The translations under genes and the position numbers were made by a program. A DNA stretch of 63,916 nucleotides, the filler included, from Atractiella rhizophila (Eukaryota), in assembly GCA_021432655.1 (NCBI GenBank). It is 4 parts of 4 records of this genome, joined end to end, with 100 filler letters (N's around TTAATTAATTAA, not from the genome) between each part and the next. Parts side by side here need not be neighbours in the genome. Positions count along the whole stretch, not along the records: positions 27,083 to 41,362 come from MU271753.1; positions 41,463 to 62,252 come from MU271755.1; 2 more parts are not named here. One strand, given 5' to 3'. Positions 38,632 through 50,116 of the stretch are shown here, one piece after another. Under the pieces are notes generated by a model. That model worked only from the letters and a program-made list of their open reading frames with translations, made no database searches and was not told the origin of the DNA. The first letter of the stretch is position 1; each line of letters begins with the position of its first letter.

Positions 38632-40729
38632 TCAAGCTACAACGGCCAAACCACTTGCAAAGGTCTGCGCATTGTCCGATACTGGAATAAGAACATTTCC
38701 AATCCCATTCACGTTCCCGTTACCAAAGATTATGTTGGCGAAGTTATCCGCTATAAGCTGGATGCCCGAAACGAAGCCTTGTTCGTCGAACTCACAATGG
38801 CCGCCTGTTCCCACCACACAGTACTGCTCGGTTACCTCTTTTGTGGATGCAAAGAAGCAGCAAACCGTTTGGCGTTGCGTCAATCGTCACTGCGTCACCT
38901 AATGCAGCAGCATAGGCGGAAGCGGCGGCGGGAATAGAGCCTTGGAGCAAGTCGAGCTCTTGCGTCGTGCTCTGGAAATGGACCTTCATGTTTCCAATGC
39001 TCCCTGCCACTTGTGGTACAAGGCCACCACAGTTCAATAACGCTCCCGTGTCGAATTGAGCGCCAAACACTGCCTGCTTTTTCAGCCATCGTTGGGAGAT
39101 GTATGCAGACGCACAGGGAAGTGTGAATCCAGAAAGCAAGAGGCTTCCCCCAGATACTCCAGTGAAGAAAGTTTGGTCGACGTTGAAGTTGAGGACTTGT
39201 GGGAGAACTTGTGTAACGAGTGCGTTAACAAGTTGAGAGTGGAGTACCCCATCCGTTCTGCGCAATAACTTCCTTATAAATGTCTTCCAGGCCAGTTAGA
39301 TGAGAGACGAACCTGTCAAGGCCAGACCCACCTCCCCAGAAGAGATCGTCATTGGGAGCAAGAGCAACTACACCAATGAGTCCGTTTTGCGAGGTTGTCA
39401 ACTAATTCCACAACATTTGTCACCATGAACTCAGCACTGATGAGAAGCTACAAACTTGGTTGGGGAAATCGAAAAAGCTCTGTCCACCATCCCCATGCAA
39501 CAATAAGTTGATACCTGTACTTCCGGCCTGCCTTTTCAGCTTTGCCTCCGGTATCCGTCGCTTGTGTTTGTTTCGACGCGAACGACGACTGGCGAGGTCG
39601 ATAAATCCATTCGTTGCGCCAGAACTATTATTATCATTAGTGGCCGAACTGTTATTGTTGCCGGTGGCGGTAGTGGCGGCTGTGTCAACGTTCGAGGAGG
39701 TGGCCGCTTGATTGAACGTGGAAGATGATATGAGGGCACCTTGTTGCGCGGCAGGGAGGAGGAGAGAGGCAGGAGCAGCGATTTTACTGTTTGAAACGAT
39801 GTCAAGTACACGTTTAATTAGGACAATTGGGCATCACTTTGCTGGGGGAACTGAAGGACCTGAGCGATTTTTCTTCAATGAGGGGCAGAAGCATTGTGTC
39901 ATTTTCACACCAGCATGCTGACACTGAAGTAAGGAGAAAGTCATGCCCTTCGCTTCATGCTTTGTGGGAGAAAGAGGTAACATTAGAAAGCATCCAGTAT
40001 CTTGCCATTCCCTAAGCCCTGGTGCTCACAAGGATTACGCCATCCTTGAATTGCACAGCTAGAGGTGAATGCAGAGATTGTGGACGTATCTCAACTTCCC
40101 CCTATGTCAAGCTCTTGGGCACAGTAGCTATGTTGCTTCAGTCGTAGTCATCCCCGCAGCTCGACGAGACTCTTTCAAAGCCGTCGTAAAATACGCTGAT
40201 ATTTTACTTTACGATGCATGGTCAAAACTATGTGCGACTTGTGGGAAAGTCTTAGGGGAGACAAAACATGGAGGGTGAAAAGAGCACGTAAGCAAATGCA
40301 GCAAGCACACCATCAATTCGATCTCCCAAATGAAAGACGTCTTTGTTCAGAGCAATCAGTAGGTGGTCATTCCTGTTCAAATATTATCGCCCAGAATTCC
40401 ATTAAGGACTCCGCTTTAGTGAAATGATTACGACGATGAAGCTTGGACAAAGAGTGTATCGCTCCTCCAAGCGCAAACAAGAATCGAAAAGGAGGAAAGA
40501 GGGCGGTGTTGCACAGAGCCACGCACAATTGGACCTCGAATCCCTCCACCTCCGCACTCATGGCCAAAATCTCGTTTCCCTCCTGAGTGGTTCCCAGTCC
40601 CTGGCCGCTAGTCTGAGCGAGGTTTCTCTGCCTCAACGCGTTTCGAGAGCCGGAGGTGAATGTTTGTGCGTTGACCTGCACGAGGAAGAGGGAGAGAATT
40701 TGGAATCCGAGAACAGAGTGGGAGAACAT
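38632..40729 (-). CDS. Secreted alpha/beta-hydrolase-like protein of an uncharacterised fungal family
   Basis: Signal peptide MFSHSVLGFQILSLFLVQVNA; LLHGDGG, FFTGVSGGS (GxSxG), GGHCEFD; first intron inferred at 39787-40526. Confidence 0.78.
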
Positions 40730-41362
40730 CGTGTTGCACTGCAACCAGACCGGCTAGAAACTGGGGAGAAAAAACAAATGAGGGAGGGGAGACAGACGCG
40801 CGGCGCTGGGGAAAAGGAGAGCTGAAGGAGACACAGGATGCATTTAAGCTGCATGGCGTTGACAGGACCAAGACCTCGGCGCGTGAGAGTGTCCATGTCG
40901 TTATGTCGTTGTCGTGAAGTTGCGTTCTGCGCTTCGGCGGTTCTCCTTTGAAAACAAGCCTATCCTTGTTCCTTCAAGCCTTGCCTAGCTCTTCAAGTTC
41001 TAGGTTTGTGACTTACCGTAAAAATAAATAAGTTCAAATTCCGGACACCAGGGTCAGCAGCTGAACCTGAGCTGGCCTGAGGCTGCTCGAAGTGAGATTC
41101 TCCATCTCCAGGAACCAGCTGAACTTGAAGAACACATGATGCATGATGCATATGTGGAGAAAGAGAGGGGATCCAATTGGCATTGATGATTCGATGGAAC
41201 ATTACATGGCTTTGTATTCCAGAGAGGATTCTCTAATAGAACATGAATGGACTAACACACTACGCAAGAAAGTGGCATCATAAACCGGGGTTGACTTGGA
41301 GAATCGTGAAATCAAATCAAACTTGTTTTTAAGGGCAGAAGAGATATAAGTGGACCAAGAGG

Positions 41363-41462
41363 NNNNNNNNNNNNNNNNNNNNNNNNNNNNNNNNNNNNNN
41401 NNNNNNTTAATTAATTAANNNNNNNNNNNNNNNNNNNNNNNNNNNNNNNNNNNNNNNNNNNN
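41363..41462. other. 100-nt assembly gap with linker TTAATTAATTAA (41407-41418)
   Basis: Same N44-linker-N44 layout. Confidence 0.95.
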
Positions 41463-42150
41463 ATGGCACCCGCCTTCCAAATCCAATAATCGACACTGTG
41501 AGACTGGTCAGCTTGAACCTTAATACATAAAGATGGGAGAGAAAACTCGCCGACAGAGGCAGCGTATCTCTCGTAGTGCTCAACATAATGCTCAGGATTC
41601 GTTAACAGCTCATTGGCCAACACTTTTGACTCAGAATCCTGCAAGTCCTTATAGCTCTTCACCATCTGAGCACCAATTCCCTGATGGGTAATCTTCCTAT
41701 GTACTCTCCACCTCTCCCCATACCTCATCGTCACGAGAGCCCATTGACCAGTTCCCAATTCGCCAAAAACAATCATTCTCGGACGCGAGGAATAGACGCC
41801 GGCTCGCTTCTCCAAGAGCTCATACGCGCTATTCTGGTCGTTTAGCCATATCGTAGGATTTCTTCCGATCCACACGGTGATCACTGGTGAGTTGTACTCT
41901 CTCGCCAGATCTGTGAACCAGAGCCATGGTTTCAGGTCGGGAAGTTGGAAGGTGTTCCCTATAACAATCCAGCGTCAGTTTCTTCCAGGTCCATAAGGAA
42001 AGGCGTGAAGAACGCACCAACGATGGGCCAAGGTAAAGGGCCAGGAGGTAATTGTCTCCTGAGCTTCAACACGCGTGCATAATCGATAAGGACAGCAATG
42101 AAACAGGCGATACCAAGGGAGGAGAGGATTTGACCTGTTGAAAATTCCAT
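41463..42150 (-). CDS. Cytochrome P450, N-terminal part only (truncated at gap)
   Basis: TM anchor, LPPGPLPWPIVGN, ELLEKRAGVYSSRP, YGERWRVHRK; heme-binding region absent. Confidence 0.92.
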
Positions 42151-42337
42151 TGCTGCAGGTCCTGGGATCAAAGAGAGACTCACGCACAAGACAGGAGCTG
42201 ATCTATAAGCAGGCTCCCGCACAAAGAGAATATCCAGCTCCCGTGTCGAAAAGAACTCGAATGCGGAGACCCTGCCGATCGCCTAACACTCGGCCGTTGC
42301 AAGCTAAGGGGCCACTCAACAGGCACAACAACTTGAG

Positions 42338-43188
42338 ATGCTGCCCACCTCACGCTTCATACTTCGACGTTCGCTTGTCCGGCGCACTTATACTACTGAG
42401 TCGGCCGCTGGACGGGGGACGAATCCTCAGACGTCTATACCGGTTCAGCCTGCAACGTATCGACGGCCAGTGGGAGGGTTTCGAGGAGGGTGCGTGATTT
42501 CTTGTTGCCAGCGCTTCAGTTTAGAATGAAAAATCCTGTGCGATATTTGCATCAACTGGAGTTTGTGTATTTGGCGCAAACTGCGTTAGATATTTAAACA
42601 TCGCATAACTCTGACTGCGAATGTGTAAGCTAACGAGACCTCACACAGACTCCTCGGTTTCCTATTAGGAACAGCGACCGCTGGAACGTATTTCTACGTG
42701 CAACTCTTTCAATCATATCAGAATGCCTCCTCTCTCCTTCTCGCCTCCGTCGAATCCTTAAAGGACAGCACCCAAAAGGTCCGCCACTCTCACTCCCACC
42801 TTACCCCCGTCAGCTCACGAAGTGTTGTTTTCGTATACGAATGGGATGGTAGATGTCGAGACATGTGAAGCAGATCGAAGAAGTGGAGAGGCGTCTCGTG
42901 GAGCTGGAAGAGAAAGCGGCGACACGGAAGGAGGTGGAGGACGCGAGAAAGGAAGTCAAGAAGCTTTACGTGCGACGCTCTCTTCCACTCCCAAACTCGC
43001 CTGAAAATTCGTTGATTGTGGGGGTAGAATGGCTTGCACACCGAGACGCTCGAGGTCAAGGCACACCTGTGGGGTGTGGAGCAGGATTTAGCTGGTGCGC
43101 TCTGTTGTTGAGGCTCGGTTATTTGATGATGACTATTGTGTCGACAGGACTGAGTAAGAGAGATCAGAAGGAGATTAGGCTGGCCTAG
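42338..43188 (+). CDS. Conserved-looking fungal mitochondrial membrane/coiled-coil protein
   Basis: Arg-rich presequence, RRPVGGFRGG|LLGFLLG TM segment, coiled coil to NGLHTETLEVKAHLWGVEQDL. Confidence 0.75.
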
Positions 43189-43710
43189 CATCCACTCCTC
43201 TCTCTGTAGATTCGCCCCTTCGCCCCACCACTGTAAACAAAAAGCATAACCAAAGTACTGGATATTGAGTAAAGTTCATCACATTGCTTTTACTTTGCTG
43301 CGAGGAAACAATTCTGTCCGAGCTCTCTGTTCTAGAAGCTTGTCTCAATCTGGACTTTGATCTCGCCTCGATCAAAACCGGCTGCATGAGCGAAATTGAT
43401 GCATTGACTTCACAAGCAGGAGCATGTACGTTTTTAACATAGTTCCCAAAGAAAACCAGATGAAGACACAATTCGACGCCTCTAGAAAGACAAAGAAAGC
43501 ATTTTTCTTTGTGGTAAATGCAGTGTCCTTGATGATAAAACAAAGCTCTTGTAAGCGCGAAACACACTTGAACGGGCTTCGACGAAGCCAGGTCTCCTGA
43601 CTGGAGACTTTTGATTGGAGTGAAAAGTTGATCTCTAATAGATCCCAGCAGAACAGCGCCTGGTTCCATGTCTATTTCAGCGTCTACTAGCGAAGTAACG
43701 GATGACCCAC

Positions 43711-45725
43711 CTATGCCTTCCTGGAAGCCCATCCCCCCACCTCTACGACTTTCCTTTCTTCTCCCCCTTGCGCACTCTCCCACTTCCCCACCCTCCTCTT
43801 ACCCCTACCCAGCTCCACCCTGCCATCCTCAACCCACCGCTGAAGCTGGTACCTTCCCTTCTGCTCAGGCTGCATCCCCTCCAACTTCTCTTCAAGGACC
43901 GGGAGCTTTTCCTCCAAGATGTCAATGAGGGCATAATCAAAGCTGCACCTCCAGTCCATCTTCTCATGTAGGAGAGCAGACAAGGATGCGTCGTAGGCCA
44001 CGTCCTGTTGATACGTTTCTAAGGCGTCCTCCAACTTCTTTCTCTCCACGCCAGTCTGCACCCGCATCGAGCGAGCGATCGACGCGTCCATCCGCGATTT
44101 TACGATCCCCAAAATCCTCGCATTCTCTTCCACCTTGAGCGGCTCCGCCAGCTCGGGAAATTCCACGTCCTCTTCCTCCAACGGCTGAGGAGGAAGCGAA
44201 GAAGGAGGGAGGGGGATGACGCCTGTTGATTTTGCGCGAGAGGAGATGTAGAGGGGAATGAGGGGTGGGATGAGGGTGAGTGGATAGGGGTTGAGGAAGT
44301 TGGATTTGTTTGTGTCGCTCGCGGTTGCGTGGGTTTTGAGAATCGTATCTGCATAGGACGGGAGGACAGGTTCACCACCTTCCTTTGGAAGGCTGGTTGT
44401 GCCAGTGGCGATGGAAGTGGAGGTGAAGCGAGGAGAGAGGATGTGGGCGTCCCAGATTTCGATTATGCCTTTTGGAGACAAACAGCGCGCAGCTTCTTCT
44501 ATTACGTCGTGCCACTTGTCTTCTGGAATGCTGGAACCAATATTTCCCTGACCACCATTGTGCATAATTGTCAGTACGATTTGTTTCCGCGAAAAGAAAA
44601 GGAGAACCGACAAAGTGGATCAAATCGAATTCGCCCGTCGCCCATGGCCATGGTTCGAGGAAGTTTCCAGGCAGAAAGGCGATTCTTTCGCCCATCTTCT
44701 TTGTCAAGAGTTCCAAAGGATACAAGGATGGGGCCACATCCATTCCTTCCGTAGCGAACAAGAATCAGAATCATTTGGTCGACACGGAGCGAGACTGCGC
44801 ACCAACAAAAGACGTCTCCTCCCAACCCGGAAGGAAGGCGCATTCGATGATCCAGGTTAGGTATGGGCCGCAACCGATGTCCAGCACCTTTTTAGGGGTC
44901 TCGAGTTTCGTCGATGAGTTCAATGATGACCTATCCGCGGAGATGGTGGATGCGGTGTTGGTGAGAGACTTCATGGTGTTGCGCTTCTGAGCTGTTGAGG
45001 GAACTGGAAGATGCGCTGCAGTGAAGGAGAGGTCGGGCATTCGCAGGCTCATGAGTGTTGCTGACCTGTTTTCAAAACAAAATCCGATCGTCCTCAGCGG
45101 TTGAGCTATGAAGTGCAAATGGACATACCAGTCAGAAGTGGCTGATCCGAGCCCCCACCAATAAGGATACCTCTTCTTATCATCCAGTTCGATCGAGGAT
45201 AGATTGAAAGAGCCATCTTTGAAAGACTCGAAAGTAAAGCTTTCGAGCTCGTTTATCATGTCTTCTTCCTCTCCAGAAAGGACAACATCGGGATGTTCAT
45301 CTCGGACTTTCTCCCGCATAAATCAGCTATTCGATGCATGCAGCTAGATGCGAGCAGAAGCAATATAACGCACGTCGCCACAGCCCTCCCTTCCTTGTCT
45401 GCTCCTCCTGAATCATAGACGACTGTGAGTTCCTAGGGCTAGCTTGACCTTCAGCTCCAACGACGCTACCGCTGATAGAAGGGCGAAGGAGGGAAGAATT
45501 TGGGTTGTAGCTGATGGAGGACAACTGAGTGGAATTTCGGGAGAGAATGGGGTTTGCGGTTGAGCTTGTGGACGTATCAGGAGTGTTGGTGCTCCCGGTT
45601 TGGGAATGGGAATTCGAATGAGGAAGAGATAACGAGAGTCGAGAGGGTCCGCTGCCTCCATTGGGCTGAGGACTACTAGCGGGGGAAGAGGCGTGCGACT
45701 TTCGCACCAGTTTCGAGATGGTCAT
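43711..45725 (-). CDS. Class I SAM-dependent methyltransferase-like protein with Ser-rich N-terminus
   Basis: Motif I VLDIGCG, GNFLEPWPW..GEFDLIH, IEEAARCLSPKGIIEIWD. Confidence 0.82.
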
Positions 45726-45953
45726 TTGGCTGGAGTGGCTCTCAAGGTCTGAGCTCAAGCGATGGCTGACAACCTGAGACTTTCCGGCGGGTGCGCAGAC
45801 AAGGCAAAGCGCTTCGACAGATCGAGATCGTGCGGAAGCGTTTCAAAGTGTATTGTTAACCTAACCTGCAGCTTCTATTGTCCGCAGCAAACCTTATGCC
45901 AACATTGCAAACTCAATCGCAACATTCCAGTTGGACAATCCGACAGCCTGAGA

Positions 45954-47281
45954 ATGCCAGCTGCCCCTCCCTCATTCCAATTCGCCGTTTCCTCTTCCGT
46001 TTCCTTATCTCTTACCCATTTTCCCGCACTCGTAGCCTCCCCTCACCCCAAGTTTGCACTTGTTGCCCATCCGCTTGGTCGATTGGGAGGAAATCAGCGC
46101 GACCCCGTGGTTGCGGTTGCTAGGAGGACGTTGACAGAACGCGGATGGGAAGTCGTCACCTTTGACTCTCGAGGTGTCGGAGGCAGTGGAGGAAGGGGAA
46201 GTTTCACGTGCGTTATTGCCTTTCGAGGAGTTTCTGAAATGATCTTATTATTTGCTTCATTACTATCGATTGGCTTGGTGGAAATCTCTATTCGTTTCTC
46301 CCCTTGCCTCGTTATGAAACTCTTTCTCCTAATAAGTAATCCAGATGAATTTAGTCGCATGACCACCAAATACGGTCGAAAAGGGACCCAGAAGGGAACC
46401 GTTCCTTTAAGTTTACAAGCTCTAGCGCTCTCCGACACTCTAAGGGCTATGTGCTAATTTTCAACGTTTCAGAGCGTAGTTATCATGATGGTGTCGTATC
46501 TCTGTCCGTCCTTGGCCAGTTTTGTTGGCCTTCCCATGCATAACTACGCATATGACAGAATAAGCGTCAAAGGTTGACATGCTCCGATATATTGTGTACT
46601 GGAAGTGTTTCCAGGATACTGCATGTTACTGTCCTTTAATCCATTTCATTGTTTTCCATGCAGACCCGTTAATACTCATTTCATTCAGAGGGACCGATGA
46701 AGGAAACGATTATCAAACACTGATAGACGGCTACGTCATTCCCAAGCTATCCGAAGCAATCACGAAGGATCCAACCGCACCGAAAGCCGAGCTGCTCCTT
46801 TGTGTACCTCTACCTTCTCCCTCACGTCGTAGTCGATCGCTGATACTGTGAGCAGGGATACTCAGCCGGCTCTCTCTATTCGACGTACGCCTTCCCCTCC
46901 TCCTCTTCCACAGCATCCATCAAGATACCCCTCCACATCGCACACCTCCTCATCTCCTATCCTCTCTCCGTCCTCTGGGCCCTCACCGCATTCCACGCCT
47001 CGACATTCCAATCGAAACTCAAAGATCTCGTCGTGCGTGCTAAATCGAAGGAAGGAGGGGAGAGGTATAAATTGATGGTGATTTATGGGGATCGCGACGA
47101 GTTCACCGGAGTGGACAAATATCGAAAGTGGGTGGAGGAGTTGGAGATGAAGCAGGAGGGGAGGGTGAAGGTGGTCGAGGTTGAGGATGCAGATCATTTC
47201 TGGAGAGGAGAGAGCGGAGACAGGTTGGAGAGCGCGATTGAGACGTGGTTGGAAGAGGGCGAGAAGAACCCGAAGCTCTGA
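45954..47281 (+). CDS. Small alpha/beta hydrolase
   Basis: AHPLGRLGG..DPVV, FDSRGVGGS, GYSAG nucleophile elbow, YGDRDEFT, DADHFW; long first intron 46208-46688. Confidence 0.9.
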
Positions 47282-47724
47282 GCAAGTGCTCCACTTTGCA
47301 TCCTTCGGCGCGGGAAACTTGATTTTGAGCGATTTTGAGGCGTGGCGCGGATGTCGGATGAGTGGCTTCAGCCTCGCGGGTCCCAGTCTGATTGAGGATA
47401 CATCTCGCACTGTAGAAGTTTGGCTTGTCGTTCAGGCTACTTGGGGCTCCTGGTAATCATACTAGTAATTGACAAGTTGAAATAGGTAGTTCTCCTCATC
47501 AACATTGCACATTTTCATTTCAAGTCATGCAGCCTGTAGACCCCTTCTGAAGCTCCCGATACCACATACCACTGCAGAGCCTCTGCTTTCGACTTTTTTG
47601 GCTGAGAGTAGAAAGTCGATGAACATTGGAAACCAACCATTTCCACCAGCTCCACTGTCCCACCAGCACCACTCCTCCACGTTTTCCATCCGGTTGCTTA
47701 GCCATTTAGCTCCTTCAGTCTCCC

Positions 47725-47731
47725 TATAAAA
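47725..47731 (+). promoter_or_regulatory. TATA box (TATAAAA) upstream of SSADH
   Basis: Consensus TATAAAA ending 21 nt before the first ATG. Confidence 0.5.
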
Positions 47732-47752
47732 GGCCCCAGAGCCCACATTGCC

Positions 47753-49689
47753 ATGATGCCTCGTCCCTCGCTTCCCATCTCCCCCAACCGGTTATCGCAG
47801 ACTTTCCGGCTACAACGAAGGATGATTGCAACCAAGGTGAGAGGTTTTGGTTCCCGGGATGGGATGCGCGTGACTCAAGTGCATGGCATTTTGCGAATAG
47901 TTGACAGACCAGTCTCTCTTCAAGCAAGCTGCTTACGTCAATGGTGGCTGGATTACCTCTTCCTCCTCTTTCCCGGTATTCGATCCGGCCACAAGCAAGG
48001 AGATAGGACGAGCGCCAGAGTTGGGCGTGAAAGAAACGAAGGAGGCGATTCAGCATGCTTCAGAGGCTTTCAAGACGTGGAGCAAGACGACAGCTAAGCA
48101 GAGGGCGGATTTAATAAGGAAGATGTACGAGTTAATGGAAGGAGAATCTGTGAAGAATGATTTGGCGACGATTTGTACCGCAGAAAATGGAAAGACGGTG
48201 ACAGATTCAAAGGGAGAGGTCTCATATGCAGGTTCGCCATTTCGTCCTCTTCAATTAGCTGGAACACAGGGTGACGAGGATGGGCGTGTAAGCTTCATTC
48301 TTTGATTGGTTCGCCGGAGAAGCTTTACGGTCGTATGGAGAGACGATTCCTTCTTCAATACCCAGCCAGAGGAACGTAGTCATCAAGCAACCCATTGGCG
48401 TATGCGCCTTAATTTGCCCATGGAACTTCCCCCTGTGCGTCAGCTCCATCCACTCTCTTTCACCTCCGTTTATACGTTATGCCTTGTTTTCTACAGCGCA
48501 ATGTTCGCCCGCAAACTCGCCCCAGCTCTCGCTGCAGGCTGTACAGCCGTCCTCAAAGCACCAGCCGAGACGCCTTTCTCAGCGCTCGCTCTCGCAGAGC
48601 TTGCTCACCGCGCAGGTTTCCCTCCAGGTGTAATCAACGTTTTGACGGCGGACAAAAACACGAAAGACATCGGACGAGAGTTGTGCGAGAATCCCGCCGT
48701 CCGAAAATTATCTTTCACAGGAAGTACACCGGTGGGCAAACTGTTGATGCAACAAAGCTCGGGGACGCTGAAGAAACTCAGCTTTGAGTTGGGCGGCAAT
48801 GCCCCTTTCATTGTTTTTGAGGACGCAGATCTTGACGAGGCGGTCAAGGGAGCGATTGCTTGCAAGTTTAGGAGCTCAGGACAGGTTCGTGTTCCTCTCT
48901 CCTTCCTCGATGTTACATGTCTGAATTAAATATGCATGGATGTAAGACCTGCGTTTGCGCCAACCGCATCTACGTCCACTCATCCATCTACGCCGAATTC
49001 GCCTCTCGCTTTGCTCAGGCAGTCGACAAGTTCAAGCTTGGAAACGGTTTCGAGGATGGAATTACACACGGGCCGCTCATTCATTCTCGCGCGCTGGACA
49101 AGGTCAAGCAGCATGTTGAAGAGGCTGTTGCCGCTGGTGGTCAGATCCTGATTGGTGGAAAGCCACGCACGGATCTGGGAGAGAACTTCTTTGAGCCGAC
49201 CGTACTGAGTGAGGCGAAGAAGAGTCGGATGACGGACGAGGAGACGTTTGGGCCGGTGGCTGCCCTCTACGTACGTTCTCGTCTCGTTCGCGTTCCGAGG
49301 ATAGCACTGATGAGTGTGGATATAGCGCTTTGAGACGGAAGATGAAGTGATTGCGCTGGCGAATGATACTCCAGTCGGCCTGGCAGGCTACTTCTACTCA
49401 CGAGATATAGGACGGATCTGGAGGGTAGCGGAGGCTCTAGAAGTGGGAATGGTTGGCGTGAACACGGGGGTCATTTCTTCGTAAGTTCTGTTTGCTCTCG
49501 AAACTCCCAAAGTTAAGGAGAGCGTCAGCGCGGTGATCCCGTTTGGAGGCGTGAAAGAGTCTGGTTTCGGTAGGGAGGGATCAAGTCACGGAATGGATGA
49601 ATACACAGTCCTCAAATGTGCGTGTGCCCTTTGATTCACATGAAACTGCAGCTAACCATCGAGTAGATATCGCCATGGGCGGATTGTAA
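47753..49689 (+). CDS. UGA2: Succinate-semialdehyde dehydrogenase (ALDH5)
   Basis: [80 protein letters not shown]. Confidence 0.93.
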
Positions 49690-50116
49690 CGATACAACGG
49701 ACGAGAGCAACATGTAACACTATTCCCCAGTAGCTTGCGTAGCAGTCTGCAGTTATTGATGTAGGCACAAAATGGAATTTGGTTGAACAAAATGCTGGAA
49801 TTACTACTACTGGATCGTTTGCAGAGTAGCATAAGGCTATAAAGCACTCCAAATTAGGATGCTGGGCTACAAACAGCACAGATAGACTGTCCTAAAGTGC
49901 ACAACAGGACTGATGAACGTCGACTCAGCAAGGAACCGCAAGAACTTCGAAACATCGAAACAAATACGGTATAAATCAAGTTTATCACCTGGTTCCCGAC
50001 CAAACCGATCCTTTCATCCTTTTCTGCTTTTCGAACGAACGGAAAACTACAACGTCAACAGCATGTGAGAGAAAAAGAGACGCAGAGAGAGCAAGTAGAG
50101 ACGAGTCGAGTCGGGA

